A DNA stretch of 64,000 bases. It comes from an uncultured Gemmatimonadales bacterium (GTDB taxonomy: Bacteria > Gemmatimonadota > Gemmatimonadetes > Longimicrobiales > Longimicrobiaceae). Shown piece by piece: positions 38,507 through 48,427 of the stretch. Each line of letters starts with the position of its first letter. Positions within the stretch are counted from its first letter, which is position 1. The position numbers and the translations under genes were made by a program. Under the pieces are notes generated by a model. It was given only the letters and a program-made list of their open reading frames with translations, searched no databases and was not told where the DNA came from. The stretch is from NCBI GenBank assembly GCA_963716255.1, contig OY970303.1:3104001-3168000 (forward strand), in the 5' to 3' direction.

Positions 38507-39259
38507 ATGCGGCTCCAAGAGCTCTGCGCCTATCTGGACGGGTACCTGCGCATCGGCGAGGTGCCCGACTACGCGGGCGCGCTGAACGGGCTCCAGGTGG
38601 AGAACGGCGGTGAAGTGACCCGCGTGGCGGTGGCGGTGGACGCGGCACAGGCCACGGTTGATGGGGCGGTGCGCGCCGGGGCGGACTTCCTCCTGGTGCA
38701 CCACGGCCTGTTCTGGGACGGAAGCCAGCCCATGACCGGGAGGCGCTACCGTCGCCTGCGGGCGCTGCTGGAGGGCGGTGTCGCCGTCTACGGCGCCCAC
38801 CTGCCGCTGGACGTGCACCCGGACGTGGGGAACAACGCGGTGCTGGTGCGCGAGCTGGGAATGGAGCCGCTTGGCACTTTCGGCGACTACAAGGGATACC
38901 CGCTGGGGGTCTGGGGCGAGCTGGACCTGTCGCGCGAGGCGCTCTGCGCGCGCCTGGACGAGCTCCTGGGCGGGCGGGTGAAGATGGTGCCGGGAGGGCC
39001 GGAGCGGGTCCGCCGCGTGGGGGTGATCACCGGCGGCGCGGGGAGCATGGTGCCCGCGGCGCAGGCGGCGCGGCTGGACGCCTTCGTGACCGGCGAGGGG
39101 GCGCACCACAACTACTTCGACGCGGAGGAGGGCGGGATCAACCTGTTCCTGGGCGGCCACTACGCCACGGAAACGTGGGGGGTGCGGGCGCTGGCTGCCC
39201 ACCTGGAGGAGCGCTTCGGCCTTCCCTGGATCTTTCTGGACCACCCCACCGGCCTGTGA
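38507..39259 (+). CDS. Nif3-like dinuclear metal centre protein (YbgI family)
   Basis: NGLQVE, LLVHHG, HLPLD.H, GHYATE, DHPTGL. Confidence 0.93.
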   Translation: MRLQELCAYLDGYLRIGEVPDYAGALNGLQVENGGEVTRVAVAVDAAQATVDGAVRAGADFLLVHHGLFWDGSQPMTGRRYRRLRALLEGGVAVYGAHLPLDVHPDVGNNAVLVRELGMEPLGTFGDYKGYPLGVWGELDLSREALCARLDELLGGRVKMVPGGPERVRRVGVITGGAGSMVPAAQAARLDAFVTGEGAHHNYFDAEEGGINLFLGGHYATETWGVRALAAHLEERFGLPWIFLDHPTGL

Positions 39260-39297
39260 TGCAGGATTTCGGCAAACCGGCTTTGAAGGGCGGGGTC

Positions 39298-39430
39298 GGG
39301 CGTGCCCCCGGCTGGCGCCGGGGTCGGGCTTCGGCTCCGTAAGCGAGCAAACAACGCTCGCTAACGGAGTCGAGCCCCGGCGGAAACACCCCCGCCGGGT
39401 CTCGCCCCTTCGGGCCGAAATCCCTCACGC
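39298..39430. repeat. ~130-nt structured dispersed repeat, copy 3
   Basis: Same conserved blocks. Confidence 0.9.
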
Positions 39431-39607
39431 GACTTCCGATGACATCCCCGGTGGCCGGCGCGATTCGCGCCGGCCGCTTGCCGTTCCGTCTGCCCGGCGT
39501 CCCCTCCCCTTCCCCGTTACTCCCCACGCACGCGAGTTGCAGGAGACCCGCCGTTCCGGGGCCCTGCCCCGGCCTGCATGCTGACCCGCGAGACCGAGGA
39601 GAAGCCC

Positions 39608-39892
39608 ATGGCGCGTGCCACGTGGAACGGCGCGGTGCTGGCCGAGAGCGACCGCTTCGAAGAGGTGGAGGGGAACGTGTACTTCCCCGCGGACACGATC
39701 CGCCGCGAGTACTTCCGCGAGAGCCCCACGCACACCGTCTGCCCCTGGAAGGGCACGGCGAGCTACTACAGCGTGACGGTGGACGGCGAGACCAACGCGG
39801 ACGCGGCGTGGTACTACCCGGAGCCCAAGGACGCGGCCGCCGACATCCGGGACCACGTGGCCTTCTGGAAGGGCGTGCGGGTGGAGCGCTGA
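39608..39892 (+). CDS. DUF427 family protein
   Basis: VEGNVYFP, CPWKGTASYY, AAWYYPEP. Confidence 0.92.
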   Translation: MARATWNGAVLAESDRFEEVEGNVYFPADTIRREYFRESPTHTVCPWKGTASYYSVTVDGETNADAAWYYPEPKDAAADIRDHVAFWKGVRVER

Positions 39893-39905
39893 GGCCACGG
39901 CGCGA

Positions 39906-40571
39906 ATGGCCAAGCTCCTGGTGACGGGCGGGAACGGCTTCATCGGCGCGGAGGTGTGCCGGGTGGCCGTGGCGGAGGGACACGAGGTGGTCGGGATGGG
40001 GCGGAGCGGCCGGCCGGCGATCGACGGTCCCTGGACCGAACAGGTCCGCTGGCTGGCGGCGGACGTCTTCCGGCCCGACGCCTGGGTGGGCCACCTGGCG
40101 GGGTGCGACGCCGTCGTGCACTGCGTCGGCATCGCGTGGGAGAGGCCGGAGCGCGGCGTCACCTTCGAGCGCTTCAATGGCGACGCGGCCGTGCTGGCGG
40201 CGGATGCGGCGGAGCGGGCGGGGGTGGAGGCCTTCGTCTACCTGTCGGCCGCGGCGAAGCCGCCGCTGCTCCCGGAGGCGTACATCAACGCCAAGCGCCG
40301 CGCGGAGCGCGAGGTGCTGGGGTGCGCCTTCCGCGGGGTGGTGCTCCGGCCGGGGTTCGTGTACGGGGCGCGGCGGGGGATCTCGGTGCCGGCGGCCGCG
40401 CTCATGCGCGCCGCGGCACGGGTCCCGGTGCTGGGCGCGGGCGTGCGGAGGGCGCGGCCGCTCCCCGTGGAGCGCGTGGCACGGGCGGCGCTGCGGGCCG
40501 CGACGGAGCCCGGGGTGCGGGGGATCCTGGAGATGGACGCGATCGAGGCGCTCGGCGCGGCGGCGAGGTGA
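39906..40571 (+). CDS. NAD(P)-binding epimerase/SDR-like protein
   Basis: VTGGNGFIG, YINAK, LRPGFVYG. Confidence 0.88.
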   Translation: MAKLLVTGGNGFIGAEVCRVAVAEGHEVVGMGRSGRPAIDGPWTEQVRWLAADVFRPDAWVGHLAGCDAVVHCVGIAWERPERGVTFERFNGDAAVLAADAAERAGVEAFVYLSAAAKPPLLPEAYINAKRRAEREVLGCAFRGVVLRPGFVYGARRGISVPAAALMRAAARVPVLGAGVRRARPLPVERVARAALRAATEPGVRGILEMDAIEALGAAAR

Positions 40572-40648
40572 CGGCCGGCCGCCGGGGCCGGGCCGCCGGG
40601 GGCCCGGCCCCGTCCAACATTCCACACGAGCACAGGCGGGAATCGCGG

Positions 40649-41212
40649 ATGGAGCCGGAGCGGGCGGTGGAGATGCTGCAGTTCCTGAGGCTGGCCGGGC
40701 GCCTGAAGGAGACCGCGCGCGCGGGGTGGGGGCTGCGGGGGATCGACGATCCCGAGTCGGTGGCCGACCACAGCTTCCGCGTGGGGCTGCTCGCGCTGGT
40801 GCTGGCCCGCGACGCGGATCCGCCCCTGGACCGGGAGCGCTGCGTGGCGATGGCGCTGGTGCACGACCTGGCGGAGTCCCTGGTGGGCGACATCACCCCG
40901 TACGACGGCATCTCCAGCGAGGAAAAGAACCGCCGCGAGCGCGATGCCATGGAGCGCCTGGCCGCCCTGCTGGGCGACGGCGAGGTGCTGCGGCTCTGGG
41001 AGGAGTACCAGGCGGCGCAGACGGCGGAGGCGCGCTTCGTGAAGGACCTGGACCGGCTGGAGACGGTGCTCCAGGCCGCGGAGTACGAGGAGACGCGCGG
41101 GGTGGAGCTCGCCGAGTTCCGGGAGATGGGGGAGCGCCGCGAGTGGCTGCCGGCGACGCGGGCCGTCCACGACGCGATCCGCGGGGAGCCGGGGGATTCC
41201 TCCACGGTCTGA
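40649..41212 (+). CDS. HD-domain hydrolase (HDDC2/YfbR-like 5'-deoxynucleotidase family)
   Basis: RAGW, ESVADHS, LVHDLAE..GDITP, KDLDRLE. Confidence 0.9.
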   Translation: MEPERAVEMLQFLRLAGRLKETARAGWGLRGIDDPESVADHSFRVGLLALVLARDADPPLDRERCVAMALVHDLAESLVGDITPYDGISSEEKNRRERDAMERLAALLGDGEVLRLWEEYQAAQTAEARFVKDLDRLETVLQAAEYEETRGVELAEFREMGERREWLPATRAVHDAIRGEPGDSSTV

Positions 41213-41224
41213 CGCTCCCCGGCG

Positions 41225-42172
41225 TCACCTCCCACCCGGCCGGCCCTGCCCCGGGGTCCAGGGCCGGCTTCCCGAGGGGTGGCGGGACCCCCGCCGCCCA
41301 TGGCCGCCGCCGGACCGCAGCTCCGCCACCAGCCGCCGCAGCCAGCGGTCCCGCATCTCCGGCTCCGCGGCGAGCGCCGCCGCGAAGCGCTCCCGCTCCG
41401 CCGCGTCCCGGCCGTGCTCGTACACCCGCACGGCGAGCCGCAGCGCCTCCAGGTTCTCCCGCTCGCGCGGCGGCTTCCGCATCTCCTCCCTCCCCCAGAC
41501 GAAGGGCGGGTTCCAGCGCGCCGCCTTGGCCTGCCGGTTTCCCAGGTAGTCCCACAGCTGCCAGGGCACGGCCACGCTCCGCAGCGCCCCCGGCCGGTAG
41601 GCCGCCGCCCACGCCACGTCCCGCGACCAGATCCAGTGCCGCGGCCGGTTCCCGTGGCGCGCGATGACGCCGACGAAGCGCAGGCGGCGGCGCACTGCGG
41701 CGGGATCCGCGCCGGTCTCCCCGGCCCAGCGGACGAGCAGCTCCTGGACGACGCCCAGCGTGCCCCCGGACGACACCAGGTCCACCACGACGACCGGCCG
41801 CGGGGCGGCGGCGACGGCGGCGGGATCGAGGCCCATCCGCCGGAGCTGCGCGCGCAGCGACGCGAGCCCGGCGTGCTCCAGGGTCTCGATCTCATCGGCC
41901 CGCCAGTTATAGACGGACAGGTTCAGCAGGGTGCGCCGCTCGCGCCAGGAGGTGTCCTCCAGCACCCCGGCCAGGTAGTCGTGGATGCTCTCCGGCGAGC
42001 GGCCCACGAAGACCAGCCTGCCGTCGCCCGCGCGCGCGACGACCCGCGCGCTGCACTCCCGCAGGTCGTCCAGGAACTCCGGGTACTGCTCCGCGGGCTC
42101 GCCCCTCAGCAGGGTGCCCAGCTGCGCGCGGCGGGACGGATCCCACCGGAACGGTCCATCAGAGGCGGTCAT
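41225..42172 (-). CDS. hypothetical protein with PRTase-like motif
   Basis: LVFVGRSPE and VVVVDLVSSGGT. Confidence 0.7.
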   Translation of the reverse strand: MTASDGPFRWDPSRRAQLGTLLRGEPAEQYPEFLDDLRECSARVVARAGDGRLVFVGRSPESIHDYLAGVLEDTSWRERRTLLNLSVYNWRADEIETLEHAGLASLRAQLRRMGLDPAAVAAAPRPVVVVDLVSSGGTLGVVQELLVRWAGETGADPAAVRRRLRFVGVIARHGNRPRHWIWSRDVAWAAAYRPGALRSVAVPWQLWDYLGNRQAKAARWNPPFVWGREEMRKPPRERENLEALRLAVRVYEHGRDAAERERFAAALAAEPEMRDRWLRRLVAELRSGGGHGRRGSRHPSGSRPWTPGQGRPGGR

Positions 42173-42290
42173 GCGAGGGTCGTGGTCCTGTTCGGGCGTG
42201 ATTCGAACACCTGCGGGGCCCGGTGCCTCCAAGCATGCAGCGGCGGGCGACCCGTGCCCGCCGCGCGAACCCACGCGGAGGGCACGGGAC

Positions 42291-42392
42291 ATGGCCGACC
42301 GGAGCGCACGGACCCGGAAGTGGGTCGTCATCGGCTTCGCGGTGGCGGAGGCGCTGCTCCTGGGAGCCGTGCTCTTCCGGGCCCTCGGCTGA
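42291..42392 (+). CDS. possible 33-aa single-TM protein
   Basis: GGAGG upstream; MADRSARTRKWVVIGFAVAEALLLGAVLFRALG. Confidence 0.4.
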   Translation: MADRSARTRKWVVIGFAVAEALLLGAVLFRALG

Positions 42393-42475
42393 CGATCCGG
42401 CGGAGCGGGCGGCACCGGCCCACCCGGTCCCGCGGCGCTCCGGCTCCGGACGCACACACGACGAAAGCGCATCCC

Positions 42476-43507
42476 ATGATCGCCGCTCACCGGTATCCCA
42501 GGATTCCCATCGCCGCCTTCGTGCTGCTCCTGGCGGCGATCTACGCCGCCGAGCTGCTCGTGGTGGGCCCACAGCTCCTGCCGACACGGCCGGAGCTCGG
42601 GGCGGGCGCCATCACCTTCGACCTGGTGGTCGCCGTTCCCGTGCTGTTCTACCTGCTCGTCGTCCGGACGATGCGGCTGCCCGCGGTCACGCTGGTTCCC
42701 GTCTTCCTGGGCAGCCTGTTCGGCGCGTCCCTGGTGCTCCCGGAGGAGCACCGCCGCTACCTGGACCTGCTGGGGCGCCTGGTCGTCCCCGCCGAGCTGC
42801 TGCTGCTCGGCTACCTGGGGCTCCGCGTCCGCCGTGGGGGCTCCGCGCCCGCCGACGGGCGCGGGGACCCGCTCGACCGGCTCCGGGCGACGCTGCGCCG
42901 GGTACTCCCCTCCCCGCTCGCCGCGGATGCCGTCGCGCACGAGGCCGCCATGCTCGGGTACGCGCTGCTGTCGTGGCGTGCCCGGCCGGACGTGCGGGAA
43001 GGCGAGCTGGGCTTCACCTCGCACCGTGGGAACGGCTACGGCGGGGTCCTCGCCGCGGCGGCCTTCATGGTGCTGATCGAGACGCTGGCCGTTCACCTGC
43101 TGGTGCAGCGCTGGAGCGCCACGGCCGCGTGGGTGCTGACCGCCCTCAGCCTGTACGGGCTGGTGTGGCTGCTGGGCTACTTCCAGGCCGTGCGGCTGCG
43201 GCCCGTGCTGCTCACGGCGGATGCGCTGCACGTGCGCATCGGGCTTCTCTGGAGCGTACGGGTGCCCTACGGCGACGTGGCGTCGCTGGGCGCGGCGGGA
43301 GCGGGTGCTCCCGCGCGCCGGGCCCCGGGGTACCTGCACGCGGTCACGCTCGGCCCGGCGCGGCTCCTGGTGGAGCTCCGCGAGCCGGTGCGCGTGGACG
43401 GCCTCTATGGATACGTCAAACAGGGCGTGCGCCGCATCGGCCTCGCCGTGGACGACCGGGAGCGCTTCCGGGCGGAGCTGGTGCGCCGCGTGGAAGCGGC
43501 GCGGTGA
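42476..43507 (+). CDS. multi-pass membrane protein, hypothetical
   Basis: Several hydrophobic helices, GC-type codon usage. Confidence 0.75.
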   Translation: MIAAHRYPRIPIAAFVLLLAAIYAAELLVVGPQLLPTRPELGAGAITFDLVVAVPVLFYLLVVRTMRLPAVTLVPVFLGSLFGASLVLPEEHRRYLDLLGRLVVPAELLLLGYLGLRVRRGGSAPADGRGDPLDRLRATLRRVLPSPLAADAVAHEAAMLGYALLSWRARPDVREGELGFTSHRGNGYGGVLAAAAFMVLIETLAVHLLVQRWSATAAWVLTALSLYGLVWLLGYFQAVRLRPVLLTADALHVRIGLLWSVRVPYGDVASLGAAGAGAPARRAPGYLHAVTLGPARLLVELREPVRVDGLYGYVKQGVRRIGLAVDDRERFRAELVRRVEAAR

Positions 43508-43546
43508 GCACCGGATCCAGGTAGAACGGCCTGGTACGACCGCTTT

Positions 43547-43675
43547 GGGCGTGCCCCCGGCTTTCGCCGGGGTCGGGCTTCGGCTCCGTAGCAGACGAAA
43601 CAACCGTCTGCAACGGAGTCGAGCCCCCGCAAACGGCCGCGGGGTCTCGCCCCTTCGGGCCGTAATCCCTCACGC
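43547..43675. repeat. ~130-nt structured dispersed repeat, copy 4
   Basis: Same conserved blocks. Confidence 0.9.
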
Positions 43676-43799
43676 GAATGTGTGCCTGACTTCGACGTTC
43701 GCTGGCGCCCGGCTCACGCGGATTCCGTATGACCACTGCGCAGCCCGGCCGCCTGGACTCTCCCGCAGCCACGATCCACCCTCCCACGAGGCAACGACC

Positions 43800-44102
43800 A
43801 TGATCCATCCGGACCGGAACAACTCGCCCGTGCGCGCGGCGCTGGAGGAGGCGGACCGCCGCGAGCGCACCTCCCGCCGGGTGCTGTACGCGGCCGCGGC
43901 CGTGGAGGTGGTGCTCCTCGCGGCGGCGCTGCTGGTGATGGACTTCGGCGATGCCACCCATCTGCTGGTGCTGATCCTGGCGGTGCTCACCTACAGCACG
44001 CTGGCGCTGGGCATGGTGGCGATCGCCAGCCGCGCGAGCGCGGAGAACGCGCGGCTGCTGCACGCCATCCAGCTCCTGGACGAGCGGCGCGGGGACGCGT
44101 AG
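43800..44102 (+). CDS. small two-TM membrane protein
   Basis: GAGG RBS; two hydrophobic helices; directly upstream of ECF sigma. Confidence 0.65.
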   Translation: MIHPDRNNSPVRAALEEADRRERTSRRVLYAAAAVEVVLLAAALLVMDFGDATHLLVLILAVLTYSTLALGMVAIASRASAENARLLHAIQLLDERRGDA

Positions 44103-44111
44103 CGCCGCCGG

Positions 44112-44684
44112 ATGCGCGACGTTCCCTCCCCGCCCGGGTCGAAGGCGCGCGAGACCGCCTGGCTGGTGCTGCGCGCGCAGGCCGGCGACCGCGCGGCGCT
44201 GGAGGCTCTGCTGGAGCACGCCCACGCGATGCTGCGGCCGTACGTCGCGGTGATGGTGCGCGACGGGGACGCGGCGGCGGACGTGCTCCAGGAGGTCCTG
44301 GTGCTCCTCTTCCGCAAGCTCCCGGCGCTGCGGGAGCCCCGCGCCTTCGCGTCGTGGGCGCGCCGCATCGCCAGCCGCGAGATCTTCCGCGCGCTGCGGA
44401 AGCTCCGGCACTACGAGCGCACGCACGACGAGCTGCCGCCCGACGTGCCGGCGGAGCCGGACCCGGAGCCCGCGGGTGAGGGGCTGCTGGCGCGCCTCCC
44501 CGCCCTGCTGGAGCGCGTCTCGCCGGCCAGCCGCGCGGTGGTGGCCCTGCACTACCTGGACGGGCTCACGCTGGACGAGACCGCGGCGGTGCTGGAGCTG
44601 CCCGCCGGCACCGTGAAGTCGCGCCTCGCCTACGGCCTGGCGACGCTCCGGCGGGTGCTCGCGGAGGAGGAAACCACACGGTGA
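44112..44684 (+). CDS. ECF RNA polymerase sigma factor
   Basis: AQAGDRAA, DVLQE, FASWARRIA, GTVKSRL. Confidence 0.92.
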   Translation: MRDVPSPPGSKARETAWLVLRAQAGDRAALEALLEHAHAMLRPYVAVMVRDGDAAADVLQEVLVLLFRKLPALREPRAFASWARRIASREIFRALRKLRHYERTHDELPPDVPAEPDPEPAGEGLLARLPALLERVSPASRAVVALHYLDGLTLDETAAVLELPAGTVKSRLAYGLATLRRVLAEEETTR

Positions 44685-44741
44685 GCGCCGCGCCGGGAAA
44701 GGGGTTTCGTTCGCAGGAAGCAGCGGCGGGCTCTGCCGCCT

Positions 44742-44889
44742 GCGTGAGGGATTTCGGCCCGAAGGGGCGAGACCCGGCGGGGCATCTCAGTTCAGAGGTG
44801 CTGCCGCCGGGGCTCGACTCCGTTGCAAACGGTAGTATCGTTTGCTACGGAGCCGAAGCCCGACCCCGGCGCCAGCCGGGGACGCGCCC
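44742..44889. repeat. structured dispersed repeat, copy 5 (inverted, longer variable hairpin)
   Basis: Reverse complement of the same blocks. Confidence 0.88.
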
Positions 44890-44915
44890 AAACCCTGCCG
44901 TTCACAGCCGTTCCG

Positions 44916-46181
44916 TCAGTCCTTGTACGGGTCGAACTCGTCGGCACCGGCCATGACGACGACGAGCGGCCGCAGCACGTGCAGCGTCTCCACGGTCGGG
45001 CCCTGCTCGGCCAGCACCCTGGGGAGGCGCCGGTACGCGTGGGGGCTCTCGTCCAGCCCGCCCCCGCGCAGCACCACGCCGCGGTCGGAGATCCACTCCT
45101 TCATCATCTCCGGCGTGACCCGCCCGGGGGTGATGACGCGCCCCGTCTTGCGGTGGCGCTTCCCGGCCGCCGCCGTGCGGGACATCACCCGCCCGGCGCC
45201 GTGCACGGTGGAGAAGAGCGCTTCCCGCTGCACGCGGACGGTGTCGGCGTCGGCGCTCTCGGCGGGGGTTCCCCGCACGATCACGGCGTCGTCGCCCATG
45301 GAGCCGCCGATGAAACCCTTCTGGCCGGGGAAGGCCGGCGTGGCGCCCTTGCGGACCACCACGTATTCCTGGCCGTCGTGCTCCTCCTTCCAGGCGAAGT
45401 TGTGGTGGTTGTGCACCAGCTCCACCTCGCTCGCGCCCAGGATGGAGACCACCTTGCGGGCCACCCACTCGCGCCCGGCGTAGGCGTAGCGCCCGGCCAG
45501 CTCCATCAGCTGCCAGTAGTCGTGCCCGGTCGGCGCCTCCAGGTCCAGGAGCACTTCCTTCTCAGGGACGCGCTCGCCCCAGTCGCGCCCCTGGCCCAGG
45601 GCGAGGAACCCGCTGGCGACGGTGTGCCCGAAGCCGCGCGAGCCGAAGTGCACCCCCACCCAGACGGTCCCCGTCTCGTCGGCGAACACGTCCACGTAGT
45701 GGTTCCCCGATCCCACGGTCCCCAGCTGCTTGCGCGCCTTTTCCCGCAGGTCGTCGCGGTAGCTCCCCCGGTTGGGGATGGCGTACCAGGCCGGGTCCTG
45801 GAAGAGCGGGTGGTCCGTGGGCGCGTCGTCCGCGCGGTTCTTGCGCCCGATCCCGAACGACACCGACGCGGCGATCTCGTCGGCGAGCTGGCGCACCTCG
45901 CGGCTCTGGGCAAAGCGGTGCGGGTTGCTCCGCGCCTCCGCCAGCGTCATCCCGCCGGAGATCTGCTCGATGGTGGCGTCGGTGCGGATCGCCGCGTTGC
46001 CGCAGGCGATGTCGAAGCCCACGCCCACCACGGAAACCCTGTCGCGGTACGCCGCGACGCCCCCGATGGGCATGACGTAACCGACGTGCCCGTCCGCCAT
46101 CAGGGCGACCCGCTCCGCCCGGGTAGCGACGTCCTGGAGCTGCCGGATGGTGTTCTCGTCGTGCTGTCCGAAGATCCGCAT
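44916..46181 (-). CDS. rtcB: RtcB family RNA ligase
   Basis: MADGHVGY..PIG, GFDIACG, GSGNHY, HFGSRG, HNHHN, RKGAT, GSMG, HGAGR, DESPHAY. Confidence 0.95.
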   Translation of the reverse strand: MRIFGQHDENTIRQLQDVATRAERVALMADGHVGYVMPIGGVAAYRDRVSVVGVGFDIACGNAAIRTDATIEQISGGMTLAEARSNPHRFAQSREVRQLADEIAASVSFGIGRKNRADDAPTDHPLFQDPAWYAIPNRGSYRDDLREKARKQLGTVGSGNHYVDVFADETGTVWVGVHFGSRGFGHTVASGFLALGQGRDWGERVPEKEVLLDLEAPTGHDYWQLMELAGRYAYAGREWVARKVVSILGASEVELVHNHHNFAWKEEHDGQEYVVVRKGATPAFPGQKGFIGGSMGDDAVIVRGTPAESADADTVRVQREALFSTVHGAGRVMSRTAAAGKRHRKTGRVITPGRVTPEMMKEWISDRGVVLRGGGLDESPHAYRRLPRVLAEQGPTVETLHVLRPLVVVMAGADEFDPYKD

Positions 46182-46285
46182 GGTCCTCTCCTGGCGCGTG
46201 CCGCGCGCTCGTTCTCGATTGCGGGAGGCGGTGCCGGGCAAGCCCGGCGCCCCTCCCCTGCCCTTTTCCGGCCGCGCCCGCGGGC

Positions 46286-46600
46286 TCACTCCTCCCACGG
46301 GCTGCGGTCGGTGTCGCTCTCCTCCGCCAGCGACCGGTAGAACTCCCGGTCGGAGCGGCGCTGCTCGGCGGTGGACTCGAACACGCCGTGGACCTGCCCG
46401 CGCAGGACGCGGATGCGCGAGCCGGACAGGTCCCGGAAGACCAGCCAGCGCGGCGCGAAAAGCCGGTCCAGCGAGCGCTCCACCGCGCGCGCGGTCTCCG
46501 CCGTGACGTAGAAGGTGCCGAAGAGGCCGGAGACGACGAAGTAGTCGCCCTTCGGCCGGCGCTCCTCCGGCTCCCGCAGGTACGCGAGGATCCGGTTCAT
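46286..46600 (-). CDS. hypothetical protein (104 aa) between Ro60 and rtcB
   Basis: MNRILAYLREP...; normal codon usage, co-oriented in operon. Confidence 0.7.
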   Translation of the reverse strand: MNRILAYLREPEERRPKGDYFVVSGLFGTFYVTAETARAVERSLDRLFAPRWLVFRDLSGSRIRVLRGQVHGVFESTAEQRRSDREFYRSLAEESDTDRSPWEE

Positions 46601-46704
46601 CGTTCTCGTTCGGTAGAAGGGTGGGACCGCGACCCTCGTGCCGCGGCCCCGCTGCGGGCGGCTCCGCCGGGACGGACGCGGAGCCGGCGAGCCGGCCCGC
46701 GCCC

Positions 46705-48354
46705 CTACCGGGCGAAATCGCCGATCATCCGGGGCGCGGACGCGTCGAACCCGACCACGTCCAGCATCCCCCCGTCCTCCGGGTCCGCGATGCTGAACCC
46801 GTTGGACGCCATCCCGACGACCACCAGCTTCGCCGGGATCCCCATCCGCTCCCGGTACTCGCGGAGCGCCTGCACGGGGTGCACCTTCCCCGCCCAGGTC
46901 TCGCTGTCGGTGTAGACGACGAAGGTGTCGACCTTCCACCGGCCCCGGGCCGCTTCCAGCATGGGAAGTGCGCAGTCCGTCCCCCCGAAGGGGAGCTTGC
47001 CCATGCTCCGGACCACGTCGTCCAGCCGCTGCCGCGGGGAGATGGCGAGCGGGGTGAGCCCGCTGGTGAAGCCCGCGTGCATGGACGGGTACGATCCGGT
47101 GGTGAAGGCGACGAACCGGTGCTCCGGCTCGACCGCCGCGGTGACCAGCGCCATCGCCGCCGCACCCTCGCGGCAGGTCAGGTACTCCATCCCCAGGATC
47201 CGGGCGTCCATGGAGCCGGACACGTCCAGCGCCAGCAGCGTCCGCTTCCGGGAGGGCTCCACGGCCGCGAAGGCCAGGTAGAAGGCCGCGTCCAGCGCGT
47301 CCACCACCCGGGGGACGGGGGTCCAGCTCCCCTTTCCCTTCATCCCCCTGCCCTGCCCGTACGTCTTCAGCGCCGCGAGCAGCGCCACGGGGTGCACCCG
47401 CGCCCGGCGCAGCGCCTCCGGGTCGGTGAGGCGGGCGGCCACCGTCTTCGCCGCCTCGCTCATGGGCGCCAGTAGGCCCACGCCGCTCATCACCCCCAGG
47501 TTCCGCACCAGCGCGGTGAGGGGCATCTCCTCCAGCAGCGCCTCCCACACCACGGCCTCCCGAAGCAGCTCCGTGGGAAGCATCTCGCGGGTGAGCCGGT
47601 GCTCGCGCACCAGCTCCGCGGCGCGGGCGGGGGACACGCTCCCCGCGTGCAGCTCGTCGGTGGCCCGCAGCAGCCGGACCACGTCGGAATTCTCCAGCTC
47701 CGCGGGGACGTCGCCGGTGGCCCGCTTCGCCACGCGGTGGAACAGCACCGCCTGCTCCCCGGTGGCCGGCCGGGGGTGCGCCAGCCGGAGCGCGTCCCGG
47801 TGCGACCACCCGTCGCGGGACGGGTACTTGAGGAGCTGGTAGGCCAGCTCCCGGGCGGGGCGGGCGGTGTACCACGCCCCCACCGCCCGCCGCACCCCGC
47901 GTCCCCACCCCCGGAACGCCTGCACGTAGCGCAGCCAGTGGAAGAGGTGCGTCCCCGTCCGCGCCACCCGGGGGAGGGCGTCCAGCGCGGCGCGCCGGGT
48001 GGCCGGGTCGCCCAGCCCGGCCGCCATGGCCAGGACGAAGAGCGCGGGGTCGTTCTTGGGGGCGCGGCCGGAGGCGCTCACCTCCACCACCCTCCGGACC
48101 GTCCGCGGCCCGTTCTCGGCGAGGCAGTCGGCCGCGGCGGAGGCGTTCTCCAGCGTCAGCTCGCGTTCGCCCACGTGGAAGGTCCCGCCCTCGCTTCCCA
48201 GAACCAGGAAGCGGTCCAGCCGGGTCCAGCAGTCCACGGCCCAGGCGTACCCGCCCGCCGAGTTGGGCACCTGGGCGGTGCCGGGGATCGGCGCGTGCTG
48301 GGGGGTGCGCAGCCGGCGGAGGCGCGTGGCCACGTACCGGGTGAAGTCCATCAT
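46705..48354 (-). CDS. rsr: Ro60/Rsr TROVE-domain RNA-binding protein with vWA domain
   Basis: NSAGG, RFLVLGSEGG, KY..RDGWSHRD.LRLAHP, MPLTALVRNLG, MIDAS DVSGSM, GGTDC, TDSET, DVVGFD; AGGAGG RBS. Confidence 0.96.
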   Translation of the reverse strand: MMDFTRYVATRLRRLRTPQHAPIPGTAQVPNSAGGYAWAVDCWTRLDRFLVLGSEGGTFHVGERELTLENASAAADCLAENGPRTVRRVVEVSASGRAPKNDPALFVLAMAAGLGDPATRRAALDALPRVARTGTHLFHWLRYVQAFRGWGRGVRRAVGAWYTARPARELAYQLLKYPSRDGWSHRDALRLAHPRPATGEQAVLFHRVAKRATGDVPAELENSDVVRLLRATDELHAGSVSPARAAELVREHRLTREMLPTELLREAVVWEALLEEMPLTALVRNLGVMSGVGLLAPMSEAAKTVAARLTDPEALRRARVHPVALLAALKTYGQGRGMKGKGSWTPVPRVVDALDAAFYLAFAAVEPSRKRTLLALDVSGSMDARILGMEYLTCREGAAAMALVTAAVEPEHRFVAFTTGSYPSMHAGFTSGLTPLAISPRQRLDDVVRSMGKLPFGGTDCALPMLEAARGRWKVDTFVVYTDSETWAGKVHPVQALREYRERMGIPAKLVVVGMASNGFSIADPEDGGMLDVVGFDASAPRMIGDFAR

Positions 48355-48427
48355 CGTCGTTCGCCTCCTTTCCTGGGCGAAGTGTGGTGCCGGAAGCCGC
48401 CCCCGATCCGCGGCTCCGGCGGTGTGT

